From Phoronis australis (Eukaryota; Animalia; Phoronida): a DNA stretch of 64,000 bases. The notes under the pieces were generated by a model, which saw only the letters and a program-made list of their open reading frames with translations, searched no databases and was not told where the DNA came from. Below, in pieces: positions 11,053 to 24,363 of this stretch. A program made the position numbers and the translations under genes. How positions within the stretch are numbered: the stretch's first letter is position 1; each line of letters begins with the position of its first letter. Location: NCBI GenBank assembly GCA_002633005.1, contig NMRA01000750.1, positions 1 through 64,000 of the forward strand. Direction: 5' to 3'.

Positions 11053-14000
11053 AGCAAGCCAATACGCCTAACAGTTCATTACATTTGGCAATTAGTGGCA
11101 CTAGTGGGCTCAGAGTGATGCTCTTAACATACTGTAGGATCCAAATTTACAGGTGTTACCATTCAAGATAGGCTCTGCCTTATCCACCAGCATCGATGCT
11201 TCAGTGTTAAGGGGAGCATTGGTTAGCAGAACGCTTAAAATCGATCTTAGTTCGAAGTTAATGGCTTAAGTTAAGTTTGCTGTGGTGGACTTAGTAGCAA
11301 AGCCTCGACGCATTCTTACAGTTGGACTACTTGTCTTCGGTGTCCATCTGAAGTTATTGGCGAGATTCACTTCTGTGACGTTGATGAAGCTGATATTACG
11401 CCACGTTGCAATAACTTCGATGATGATGCCTACCAACGCTAAGGGGAAAGCTCAAGTTGCTGTTTATGTCGACGCTTTGCTAGTAGCGGATTTCACTTGT
11501 TGACGTGCTTTGACTAGTAGTCTCTAAGCAGATATGGCTTACCTGCTTGGATTGAAATTAAAAAATGAACTGATGAATGAGAAGTGTCAGCATTTTATAA
11601 TAAAATTGTTTAAAAATCAAAATGCTAATATTACTTTGTTTACGTACTGTGTTGGAGTGTTTTTACAGAAAGTAACTGGCTTTAAAAGGCCTACAGTAAT
11701 TCTTCACTTCACACAAAATAATTGCCACAAAATAATTGCCAAAATCACCGTTTTCCATTTTTTTCAAAGACCATTTACCTTGTTAACTTCACTAAGTGCT
11801 GTTTTATGGCGTCTGTACAGTGTATACTAAGATAACAATAGTTTCTTATTTTTATTGAGAAATTTGGCAAAATAACATTTTGCTTGTCCGTTGTAGTGTA
11901 AATACTAGGTGAAAAATTACTGTATTTTGGGCTTTCAGTTGACTGTGGCTACAATGCCAAGCCTTTGTCACGCATGTAATTGTGTTTGTGACAAGTGAAT
12001 CGATGACGTGAGTTGTAATCGTATTTGTTTAAGAAACATTTGCGAACCACTTTCACTTGCCTTGCGATTGCCATTACTTTTCAAAAATGCAAGACATTGT
12101 TCTCATGTTTACATGTGGTAATGATTTTTGTCTTATTCTGGGCACCTTTGCAAAACAGAAACATTCAAAAGGAAATTGTTCTTCCTAGTGAAAGTTTGTG
12201 AGATTTGTCTGATCTGTGTGTAACAATGGTATAGGTATAAATGGTCAAACGTAGTGGTAATGGCTTAAATTAAGAATCATTTCACCTCGACGATTTCAGT
12301 TGAGTTTTTGGGGATAAGCGGAAGCTATCACAAGCAAGCATTACCATGATTGACCATGGGAAATTTCCTAGTTGTTGACAAGGTCTTATACAAGTTTTAG
12401 TCCGACACTTCCAGCTCAGAGAATCATTAGCTTGATTGCAAGTATTGATCTTATCTCAGACTTGATTTTGTTAATGATTGTTGTGTGCATTTGACAGCCC
12501 AAATTTTCATTTAAATGATCCGTGTTTTAAAGAAAATTTGTTGATAATTTCTACTCACACAAGGTTCACGATATAAACGTGCTTTTGAGAATTTCACAGG
12601 TTAATTCACCGACGGAGAGTGGATTATCATTTCTAGTAGTCTTAACTATTCTGTCCATAAAATGGCCATTGTAAAAGACAAAGCAAGGTTAATTACCTAT
12701 ACAAAAACAGCATTTGTTAGTATTCTTTGGTACATCCTAAGTCGAGACAATTGCTGCCTGTTCTCAGCGTGCCAACATTGATTTTTTACAAGCACCAGAA
12801 AGTCGTTATCTCATATGTGTGCCTATCTAATTAACGATCAATCGTTGGCATAAAATTGTTAGCCATGGTAGAATGAAGCATTTTCAACAGCAGGTAATGA
12901 GCTGATCAGTACAACGAAGACTCTCGACATTGACGCACTGAATGGTTGAGGCAAATCTCTGGCATTTAGCGGATCTACCTCTATGGAGATGATTGGACAC
13001 TGAGACTTTGTCTCTCTGAGCATGCGCTAATTACTGATCTATAAACGTCTGCTTGATTCATCTTACTATTCCTGTTGCCAGTGAGCGTTCACTGTGTGCT
13101 GATGACGTAAATAAGCAACTCACTTGCCATTAGTCATTCTTGCAAAACACTCTCTGAAGGAACTGGATCAGTCTTAATTAGTCTGAGGATATATCAACCT
13201 TGGTAAGCCAACATTTGGCTTGTGTTGAAAATGTTGTGTTCAGCTGGCTACTTGTTAAGGGTGTTGGAGTTATTTCTGTTTTTGGTTTAAGTTTTAAGAC
13301 AATGCCTACGTCCTGTCCGTAGTCATTCGATTGTATTCTGGATTTCCTGTTGTACTTCTTTACCTATTTTATGCATTGAGGGAATTCCATTTCAAATTTT
13401 TGTACAAAAATGATGATATGTCTATGTCCTCAATAACATAGTTGAACTATACATTATTTGTTGCTCTGCTGTTAGTCTTTGAAAAATGACAATTTTGAAA
13501 TTATTCTTGTGCAAAAATGATTGAAGGATTACATTGTGTTGTACAAACTTCTTTCCAGTTTTTGTCATTCTTTAACATAGGAATGCATTTCAGGACTGGA
13601 TGCTTAGCACAGCGTCAACTTGCCAAATAGGACCTGCTAAAATTCCCAGGTTGCCATACAAGGAAACCGTGTATGGGTTATTGCAAGTCTTGGTGCATAC
13701 AAGCGACACTCAGTTGGCAAGAGATGAAAATGAAATACACAAAATATCCGACGTGAAAAACCGTCAAACTTAGCAAATGTTCATCGGTAGACCAAGATCG
13801 TGGTTGTGGCATGGTTTCTTTAGTGCAACAAAGAGTGTTGCATGTTTGGCAGCGACCGTTTTCCTCTTCTAGGGCCCAATATGTCACACACACAGAAGCA
13901 CAAGATTGTCACGCATTACCTGTGGATGACTCAAAAGCGGGCCCCTTTGATTTTTGCGAAACGATTCCGACTTCGGTCTTTTTACTTCTTGTAGTATATT

Positions 14001-17000
14001 TACTGCATGCTTGGATGTGTCCGTATTGACCTGGGATTTTCACCGGGTTGCCTGTCGAAATCTGAGATCTCAGTGGCAACAAATGAAACCCTGCATTTCA
14101 AATATACGTTAATGCATTGTTTCTGTCTGCTTTCTTCCCAGTTGGACTGTTGTCGACCTTTTGGCAATTGTCATGAAATATGATTATGAGCTTTCCCATG
14201 AAGGCTAATTTTATTCATTTGGTTGTTGTGGTAACATGATATTCCAAGCAATATGTCGCATTTTTTCTGGAAATCCCAATTACTGTGTCCTTGTCACTTG
14301 GGCTGACTGCCAATTGTGCAGTCCTTGGAAATATGTAGTTTGCAAAGTCAGTATTCTGTGAGTGCAGAGTGTGAATTGGATGTATTCTGTTTATTTGATT
14401 TTTGCGGTATATCATGCTTTCGTCTGCAGTTGATTATAAATTATTTTCATCTGCATGTAAGGTTTTACAAAGTTTGACAGGTATTATGTATGAGTTTGAT
14501 TTGAATTCTAGAAAGGAAATGATCTTTTAACATAGCCAAGTTCTCCCAGCCACTATAATAGTTTCTCACTAGATAATACCTGCTGATAATAAATTAATCA
14601 AGTGGTCTCATGTCATGAAGAATATAGTGTTTATTTCAGTTTTGAAAAGTGTTATTGAAGGTTTCAGTATGGTCCATAGCATGTGTTCGCAGTGGGCATT
14701 GCTGTATAATAAAGAATGGCAAGAAATTACTTTTTTGGTGGTTGTGACAACTTAGTCATACTCTTCACTTTTCGGAGGGACAGAAGCGTAGATATGGCAC
14801 AAGTTTGTACAAAAAAGCGTGTGGTGGACATGACACGCTCATGTCCATGAAACTTTCAATTTGACTTGGGTTTTCTTCTATTTTCGTGTTGTTGGGATAT
14901 TTAATTCACAATTGTGATATGCAGTGCTAAGAAAAATGGTGTAATGATACTGACAGTGTAGTCACTTGTCAAAACAATGAGGTTTTAAGCACTTTAAAGC
15001 TTCGTCTTAGGCTCCACTATTATGTCTGAAAAACAATTTTACCTCTCCAAGATATCTCATAATATGTATAACTGCTGGTTGCGCAGATAATTTATTTCTG
15101 TGACATGCTGATAATTCCTTGTCAAAAATGTTATTCTGTAATGTGAATTGGAAGCGTAAGTGAAAATTTCCGACTTGAGTGTGAAGTCAGTTTTCACGAA
15201 ACAGTCTCTCGATCAATGCAAATCAAGTCAGAGCAAGAGTGTCTCCCATTGTAAGTGGATGTTCACTTGAAAGTTCGCGTTCAAGCATCCACTGTGGATA
15301 GATTGATGAAGTCTATATTTGGCTGGGACAGCTAAGTTTGGCCATCTGATAACTGTAACCTGCTACTTGAACTTTTTAACTTGATCTTTTGTCTGAGGAC
15401 TTAGAACTGGCGCAAGCTAAGGACTTGTATCTGGAGTATGTGCCATATGTCTCATCCATATAGTTCAGTTGAAAACTGGTACTTTTTTCGGTTGAGTTCA
15501 TTTCATGTTGAGCGGTACGTTTAGCTGATACTACGTGGGTTGCGTTTCGTTTCCGTTCTAGTTCACTTCACTTCATTCACAGATTATTTTGGCCAGGTTT
15601 GTATTTTGCTGCCACAAATGTGAGAATGTAATTTTTCGTTCATTTTAGTAAAAATAAGGCTGACTACCTTGAGCTACAAATAATCAAAATCTTGATTTTT
15701 CTCAGAGGTTACTTTTCGATAAATTCGAAGAAATAAAATCGTACTTTTCTACTGAAATGCGCTAAACTGGTGAAGAGTCACTGTAATTATCTAAAAGGTT
15801 TGTAATTATAGCCAGTGCAACATCTGAAGGGATACGAGTTTAGAATCATTAATAATACGATCATATCATTTGTATCCACTATCACGAGTGAAAAGTGTGT
15901 TACGTGAACCTGAGATCCAGGCTACATTATAGTGAGAGTAATAAGAGTTCTTGAGGTACATTAAGAATTAGATTATTCCTGTTGGTTGAGAATAATGATT
16001 GATCAGCAATACGTCCGCCATCTCTGTTCTTGGCCAATGTGCTTGCTGTCATGCTGTGTTGAAAGTTTGCTTAACAATTTTCTGCGTGAGCGTGAGCGTT
16101 GCGTGTCACCAGTTACACACTTGGGTGGTCACTTCCTGTGAAAATCTAAAGCAAGTTTCCTTGGTTGAGGCTGATGGAAGTCATCCCCATGGTGTGTCTT
16201 GTGAAATGTACAGCTACACTTCTCTTGGTTGATTTTCCACATCCTTTATTGCCTGCGAATACCAGATGCATTCGAAATCCAACCTTGTTTGCTGTCTATG
16301 AGCACTGGCTGGAAGTCAGTCCGGCCCTACTTTATAGTGCCGTCCACACAAAGACTTATCCTGGAAGAAGTTACTCCTGTAACTAGTTGTGGCTAGGTTT
16401 GAGGGCTGTGTGGATGGTATTTAAACTTAGCACAACTTGCCTCACTTGTCACAATTTACTCCACATTATCGGGTGAGGTAACTTGTGTGGGACACGTGTA
16501 ATCGCTGTGACCGCAAAAATGGGGTCACAAGTAATTATCAGCCGCGGTTACATACAAATGGGGTTTCTTTTGCGCGCCGCACTTGCATTAGGCGGTCATT
16601 GCCGCGCACGGAAAGACGACTTCCGCCTTACCCTAGTTACTGGATGTGTGCGTGTGGATGCTCCAATCAAAAGTGAGTTAAGTTGCACTATTGCAGATTT
16701 TTTCTGGGGTAGGCTGTGTGCGGACGAGACTTGTATCATGAGAGTTGGTTTAAAGAATGAGCGTTAAGCACCTGAGTTGAAGTTTGGTAGTTGTTATCGG
16801 TATATACATTGTGTGCTGCGTTGATGCGTGGCTGCATATTGTCATGCTATATCTCTTATTTACCCGTTCCATTTCGTAGCCACAACAGAAGAAGCCAAAA
16901 TGCCCTCGGCATGATATTTTTAGGCGGTAGACATTTTCTCCTTGCGATATCCTACATTGCTTTTCATTTTGGTGTGCTGGCAAGTACTTGCATGTATTCC

Positions 17001-17253
17001 AGTGGCTTGTTTGCGACAGACAAAAACTAATGCATGCGAATCCAGAGAAGAGATGGCATTGTGTTTACTAGGTTTCCTTGTATCCATTTTGCTTCTGTCT
17101 TTCAGCATGATATATGAAGTAGTTGTCAAGCCTGAACTAATTATTATCTGACTCTCTATTACAATGGTGGTAATCATATCTTACTGACATTTGTTTTCTG
17201 TTAACTTGTTATCACCAATGCCCCAGTCTTTCTGTGTGCAACTATGCCTTCTG

Positions 17254-17648
17254 GGTCCGGTCTCCAATCTTTTTACTCGAAATGGAACTCGAAATTAGGT
17301 TTGGCATTTTCTACTCTACTTTTTGGCGAACTCAAGATAAGTGTCTATTATTCTATGCTCGAGTACACAATAACTTACATAGATAATTTATTGCCCTCAG
17401 TTCACAGTTTGTAAACCCAATATTAAAGCAATAAGTTCGAGTTTGAACTCGAAATTTCGAGTTTTTACTCGAGTTTGTAGCAAGAATATAAGGGTCTTCA
17501 AGGGCAAACTAGAAACTCCTATGCATAAACTATAATGTATTCGAGCACAGTCTGATAACCAATTATCTTAAGTTCGAACAAAAGGAGCAGAGAAATTGCC
17601 AAAAATAGTTTCGAGTTAGTTTCGAGTACAAAGATTAGAGACCGGGCC
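17254..17648. mobile_element. PIF/Harbinger-like MITE (family C) with long TIRs
   Basis: Left ggtccggtctccaatctttttactcgaaa... and right ...tttcgagtacaaagattagagaccgggcc; 3-bp TSD CTG on both sides (17251-17253, 17649-17651). Inverted similarity extends >100 bp. Second copy at 22468-22865. Confidence 0.88.
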
Positions 17649-17688
17649 CTGGCTTTCTAATTGACACCAGTTCTGAGGGAATATTTAA

Positions 17689-18211
17689 GGTTATGTTGGA
17701 CCTTGTCCACTAGTTTGTGTATTGAGCCAAATATCTAAAAACTATAGGTTTTAACTTGTGAAGACTATGCGTTTTCTGAAAGTGGAAAGCTGGTAGAATT
17801 TAGCTTCAACATTTTACCAGTCTGACATTAATTAAGACACGTGACCATATGTTTTTGGTAAAATTACCAAAAAAGAAAAATAATTGTTAGCAAAACAACG
17901 GTATGACCAAGTCCATTTCCTATAATTGTTCAGGACATAATATCAAAAACAATTACAGTTTTCCAAATTATTGTTTCAGTTTCGTTTCATGCAGTTTTTG
18001 AATTTTTTTCACAAAAATTGTAGGAATTCCTATCTCTAGGTAGACCCTCGTGCAAAGATGAAGAATTTTAAAATAATTCCTAATAGCATTTTAGAGAATA
18101 GTGCCTAAAGCATAGTACCTGAAACTTTCACTTGAAATTGATCACCATTTCTGAGATATAATGTTCCGAAGTCAACCAAATTTGGACATTTTTCTAGGCT
18201 CCTGCCCAACC
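17689..18211 (-). mobile_element. TTAA-flanked MITE (family D, Kolobok-like GG...CC termini)
   Basis: TTAA|ggttatgttggacc ... cctgcccaacc|TTAA (TTAA at 17685-17688 and 18212-18215). Both ends align in reverse orientation to the 50675-51058 element. Confidence 0.8.
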
Positions 18212-18337
18212 TTAACAATTGCGTACTTCATTCTGACAAAATGTGAGTTTTAGCAAAATTTCACGAGTTCCGCAAATATGATTACAGTAGTTGCATATTA
18301 GAACTAAAAGTATTCCGTGAAGGTAAGTGCGTGTTCA

Positions 18338-18762
18338 GGTTATGGGACCCCAGGAAAATGACCAAATTTGGCCAACTTCAGAACATCATATCACAGAAAT
18401 GGCTGATTGGTTTCAAATTCAGCTTTCATACGCTATGCTTTATGCACTTTTCTCGAAACCACCAATTATGCATGAGAGGCTGTATAAATAGGAATTTTTG
18501 GTTCACATGCAAAACTCTAAAGTTGTATAAAATGAAAACGAAATGATGATTTTGAAAACTGTAACAGCGTTTTTGAGATAACATTTTGAAGATTTATTGC
18601 AAATGAAGTTAGGCCATGTTATCGATATCTTTGTTTTGCAATTAGTAATCTTACTTTGTACTAAATTTATTAAAAACATGGTCAAGTGACCTAGTTTATG
18701 GCAGATTTGTAAAAAAGTAACAAAAAATTAATTCTAACTTGTCGAAAAGGTCCCAAATAACC
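18338..18762 (+). mobile_element. Second family D MITE, inverted relative to its neighbour
   Basis: ttca|ggttatgggaccccaggaaaatgaccaaatttgg... ggtcccaaataacc|TTAA. The 5' part matches 50675 (ggttatgtaggaccctggaaaaggaccaaatttg). Confidence 0.75.
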
Positions 18763-21700
18763 TTAAGTTAAAGTGGTTAGTTTGCCATTTTTGATCTTGT
18801 TCCTGTCAACCATTCTTGTCTGGACACAGCTCTTGGGATCAGGGATTAAGCATTCATCAGTAGACCCTCCTGGAGGCACTGTTACATGAAATATGCATCT
18901 TCTATTGATTACTACACTGTCTCATTGGTTTTTGTCTAGTTAATATGGGAGCAATAAATCATGAGTCTTGCTGGACATTCCATGTCATCATCCTTGCATC
19001 AACAGACCCAATCTCATGTAAAGACTTTTGTTCACTGGTCTCTTTGTGTCAGGGGAAGGTATCTTCTTCACCAAAGGACATCCAGCCATTGATCTTGTTT
19101 ATTCCTTTCATAGCTGCTCAGGTTAATGTTGCAAATATTCCTATTGTTTGCATTGAACACCTGAATGGTTCTGAAACAGTGACTGTTTGTGAATTGTTGC
19201 TTTTAGGCAACATGCTCCCTTGCTCTTGTGTAGAGATGTGTTTTGAAGCGGTTTTAACGAATCTTAATTTGCTAAGGTAGAGCTATTGTACCATTTTGTT
19301 CAGGAACTTACAATTCAAGCTTTCTCGTGGTTCTATCTGTCTACGAAGAGTCTTTGACACAGGAGGTATTTCAGTGTGAAATCTTATCTCTGTCAATGTT
19401 GCTATTTCCAGTGGAGGGTTTTATCGCAGATGCCTTGTTTGAACTTAGTTATCTATTTTTATAGCATGGGGTTAGAATGTAAGTTCAAATGTTTTCTTTG
19501 TTGCTGCTGGTTGAGATATCCGCAAATTTAAGACATAGTTGGGTAATCAAGGCAGTGTAGGTTGCGAAGGGTCTCTGGTTTTGTTACTGTGGCTGGATCT
19601 TTAGTGTTTAAGTCATATCTGGAGTGTAGAGATTATCAGGTGTGTTCGCAACACTTTCAATTTGTAAAGTACAAGTATTCAGACAACATGGTCCGGAATT
19701 CCCATTCATGGCGGCTGGGCAGACACCAAATTCATCATCAAATCGGGTTTTCCTCGTGACCATGAATGACGGGGAATTAATAGAAAAGTTAGTTAGACAG
19801 CTAAGTTACTGTAATAATGTTGTCCCGACTCCTGATAATAGTCATTTCTTGTCGTTTTTACTCTTAACGGAATTGGCCATCAGGATAGGGGAAACACGGT
19901 ATTTTCGTCTGATTACTTTTATCTTGTGCCTTAGTATTCTTCTGTAGGAAGATTGCCTATATGAGTTTTAAAGATCTTATAGTAGACTGTTCGGAATAAA
20001 ATTGAAAAGTTACTGGGTAAAAAATCTCCAGTTAGCTGGTATAGTTTCTTATCTTTGGGACACCACAATTCGTGATTCTGAATATTTCCAAAATCTCTGA
20101 CATTGAATATTTGCATCACCAGAATCTGAAAACAGACTAGGCAATTCAAAAACATCTTCCCGATGCACCGTTTTCATGAGTCGGTATAGAACGTAATATT
20201 GAGGTGAAGGATCGTTTGCCGCAAATCTTAATTCTAAAATTTGATACAGGCCTTGACTTTGAACAAAAGAAATAATTTTTCACTGTCCAATCTCGAGAAT
20301 TTTTACCGTAATTGTGATTTCATGTGGTATTCTCTCGTCTTGATTTGATATTCTGTATTCGTGACTGGAGAAGATGTGTAAATAAATTGTCCGAATCATC
20401 TTTGTTTGAAAGTTGCCTTCCTGCCCATGAGATGTTATTAACGAAACAAGTCCCAGTGGTACTGTGTTAATGGTTAAATTAATTATCTAGGAATAGGGAG
20501 TTACCTTGTGCATGAGAGAACATGTTTCTGCTTGAATGATCAATGCTGACTGAATGTAATTTCATTTTGGAGTGGTGGCAGTGGTGAAGTGTCTAACCTT
20601 TTTGTATCAGGCTTTTGGGGTCACAATTGCAAAATGCCTGAGGGCTGTCTACAGTCTTGACAAAAGTAAGTTGGTTGTGGCATGCTTGTCAGTTGTGAAT
20701 TTGTGGCTAACCAGTGTTCTCTGCTATAGAATAATCCTATTGGATGGCAATCAGGAAAGATTCAAAAATGTGTGTTCATTCTTTGGTGGGTTTGTATCTT
20801 AAGTCTAGCAATCAATAGAATGAACTAATTTGTTTAACAATTCACCAATTTCTCATGACTTTAAACACGCTTTGTTTTCCAACTCCAAGCAGGTGAGTCA
20901 AACTAGAAGCTGCAAAACCCAAAGTTGTTACTGCGCCGTGTCAAAGGAATTGTGGAGAACAGTGGGTACCATGAGAAATTGAGAATTAAAATTTTTTGTC
21001 ACGTGTAATGAAATGAATCTATCTATGATTGTTTTGTGTGCACAGAGCTAATACAAACTTCGGTTTGGTAATTTCGCTGGCGGAAGGAGTTATCATTCAT
21101 TCCTTGATGGGTTGTACTGAAATGAAATTGGTGACTGAACTTCGATCATGTCTAATAAATGAAATTATAATCCTAGGAAATAGATTTCTGATGAAGATTT
21201 GCTGAGAATATTCAGCACATGACAGGATATTGAGGCAGCGCAAAGGATGTGGTGGTTTTTCTGGATGGCTTTTGATATTTTGTGTGGTTATGATATCCAG
21301 TTGTCAGGATCAATATCAAGGATATCCCTTGAGGTTGAGGCGAAGTGCAAACAATGAAGAGCATGTTTTATGTCTTAATTTTGATGCTGTGTGGTCGAAG
21401 TCTTGTTGACATAACAGGCTTATAGGTGTAAAGATGATTCATTATTTAGGAGAGCATGTTTTATAGTGATTGGTGCTTTGGAGAATGACAGGTTTGTGTG
21501 CTGACACTTTGCTGTAGCAAACTTTGTATTCATTTTTCTTGCCTGTCCATACTTTAGAGTAGATTTATCTTTTTCAAGAATACATGGTAATAATTCTACC
21601 ATAACCGAGTCTTGTGCTAGACTTGGTCAGAGATCATGTCAGGCATTTTATATCCAGGCTTACTAATGGTATATCCCTCCAATGAATAACCAATGTATAT

Positions 21701-22467
21701 ATTACAAATTATAGCCGGACATGAACTGTGTCATGTGTTAAATACTCTCCGATGCCACAGTCTGTTATAAGTTTTTGTTGAACTGTGAATTAATTGAGAA
21801 AATATGATGGTTGAGCCAATGAGTTTATGCATAGAAGCGAATAGAGTTTTCTGTAGTGCTGTTTTTGTGTGTAGGGTGAAGTGATGAATGTTTGACTATG
21901 GACATAAATAGCTGTTCTCTGCAGAGAATTTTATTTCTGAAGTAAAATTGTGACGAATGGTTATAAAAAGCACCAGCACATTTTTAGTTTTAAAAGTACT
22001 CTTGTAAGAAGTGGGAATCTGTGAAAAACATAATGTTTACCTTCTCATATACCTGATTAGATTTGAAATTTGAATGGTTCTTACTCTACCAGCTTATGTG
22101 CTCCCAATAATTTTTGTCTCCCTAGATCACATCTGTTATTGTTTTTGACATGAAACTGTGGTATGTTTGTTGTTGGCATTCTGGTTGTGGTCTTTCATGT
22201 TATTGAATAAGTGAAGATTGGTTGTGTCTTGTTGTGGGCATTGGTTACAGAGTCAGACCTCAGTCTCAAGTGTTGCCAATAACATGAGTTAGTGTCATCC
22301 ATGTAGGAAATGTGTGTTAACACAAGTACTTTAGCTGAATATCTATTCAACCTGAAGGACCTACTGGAAGTGGTTTTGAATCGAATAAACCTAAACCTAC
22401 CATGTAAGTGCACAGTAAAATCGATTAAACTCAGATGGCAAAGTGATGTATTCGTACGCATGTCTTG

Positions 22468-22865
22468 GGCCCGGAATCTTATCTTTGTACTCAAAATAGA
22501 ACTCGAAATTATGTTTGGCATTTTTTACTGTACTTTTGTGCTAACTCAAGATAAGTGTCTAGTATTCTATGCTCGAGTACATAATGACTTGTGGATAATT
22601 TTTTAGTCCTAGTTTTCAGTTGATAAACCCAACATTAAAGCTAAAAGTTAGAGTTTGAACTCAAAATTTTGAGTTTTTACTCGAGTTTGTAGCATGAATA
22701 CTGGGTCATCAAGTGCAGACTTGGACTAGAAACGCATATGTGTGAACAATAATATATTCGAGCATAGTCTAATAACCACTTATCTTGAGTTCGCACAAAA
22801 GTAGCAGAGAAATTGCCAAAAATAATTTCGAGTTCCTTTTGAGTACAAAGATTAAATTCCTGGCC
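22468..22865. mobile_element. Family C Harbinger-like MITE, second copy
   Basis: ggcccggaatcttatctttgtactcaaaatagaactcgaaattatgtttggcatttt... tgagtacaaagattaaattcctggcc; collinear with 17254-17648 over ~400 bp. Confidence 0.88.
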
Positions 22866-24040
22866 CATATCTGGGTTTCTGTATCTACTTTTGTCTAAAA
22901 TTGTCGCAAAACCTTAGCCTTCCTTTCTATCACCCTATTGTCATCTTGGGATTCCATGAAGAACAAAAACTTCAATAAGTAAACCGTTAAACTGAATTCA
23001 TCCTCTTTGCTGAATAGAACCTGCAACTCCTGTGGTTGCAGCCCAATACTCTGCTGTCAAGCAAAACCCCACGCAATTAAGGGCAGAGAATTTTGTAGCA
23101 TATTTCACTATTACGGTCACTATAGTCTTGATTTCAGTGAATGTCTGATAGACAAGAGCAAGAATTGACAGTTTGAAATTAAATTACCAAAGCAATAATG
23201 GATTTTGTTGTTTTATAGCTGTTGTCAAAGCTAATAATTCAAGAGGTCTGTCTCATACCACAATAATGCAGAAATGCCTTTGATTGCTATAAAACTGATC
23301 ATGCCGCTTTAATGAGGAAGGGATGCAGATAAATCGATTCAATGTAATTCCATTAAAAAAGAAAGTCGATTCCAAACTGTAAGTGTAAATTTTGCCAGGC
23401 CTAGTCATTGTTCTGTTCTACAAAGCAGCATTGTACCCTAAGTGGCTCTCCACAACAGGAGGCTATCAGTTCAAACCATTGATAGTGGAACTCAACTATA
23501 TTACTGATAGCCAGGGTCAGTGATAGCTGCTCTCTTGCCCACTATTCTACCATCTGTTCCTGTCAGTCAGGCATGAGGTCAGGGGTCGGGTTGGAGTGTC
23601 CTTATGATGTCTGTTTTATGGTCTTGTAGTTCTGTACCTTGGCAAAGGTTCAACTTTGACTATTTCGGGTTAGGAAAGAACGACTGCTCATGGAGACTTT
23701 CTTATCTTCATGTGGGGGACAATTGCTGAATCATGTTCGCCCAAGAGGTTTTTGAATCGCGCAAGAAGCATTGTTTTAGCCAATTTGTGAATTGGGTATT
23801 GCGGCTCAAATTTCCCCTAGTTTATCGTTTCTTAGAAGAGGCTGTTTCCCAGTTGCTGCCGAAATTTATTTTGACTAAATAATTGACAATGTAATTAACG
23901 ATAGTTGTCGCAGTTGCTTATAAGTTGGTTGCCGTCACAGAAAAATTTGATGTTCTCAAAGATGGAGTCATAATTTTGATGCGGTACAAACTTTCCAAAC
24001 CATTTATCATCTGTCCTTTCTCTTCTAGGGTAGTGGCACC

Positions 24041-24260
24041 ATGTCACACTCTTACGACGAGCTCATCCGCCAGGTGGCGTCACTGAAGTCCGAAAATTGC
24101 AAGCTGCGGCAGGAACTGCAGGACAACTCGTCACATCTCACCAAGCTTGAGAATGAAGCTTCGAACATGAAGAATGCCCTCACACAGCTGCACGACTCCA
24201 TGCAGGATGACCTTGATCTTGGTAGTGAGGAGAACAGAACCCTTGACCACAACTCAAATG
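24041..24260 (+). CDS. APC: APC ortholog, first coding exon (N-terminal oligomerisation coiled coil); exon starts at 24029 with 12 nt of leader
   Basis: Translation MSHSYDELIRQVASLKSENCKLRQELQDNSSHLTKLENEASNMK closely matches the human APC N-terminus MAAASYDQLLKQVEALKMENSNLRQELEDNSNHLTKLETEASNMK (recalled). Polypyrimidine tract and acceptor tctcttctAG end at 24028. Kozak context gcaccATG. Donor aatg|GTTAGT at 24261. 220 coding nt, phase 1. Confidence 0.97.
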
Positions 24261-24329
24261 GTTAGTGGAATAGATTGAGTATCGCTTTTACAGGGTAGGG
24301 AAACAATCCAACGCTGGACATGTAAATAA

Positions 24330-24363
24330 TCTTGGCAATCAACTTGGCAATCAACTTGGCAAT
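24330..24363 (+). repeat. 12-bp tandem repeat (cttggcaatcaa) x ~3
   Basis: cttggcaatcaacttggcaatcaacttggcaat, ~70 bp downstream of the exon 1 donor. Confidence 0.85.
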
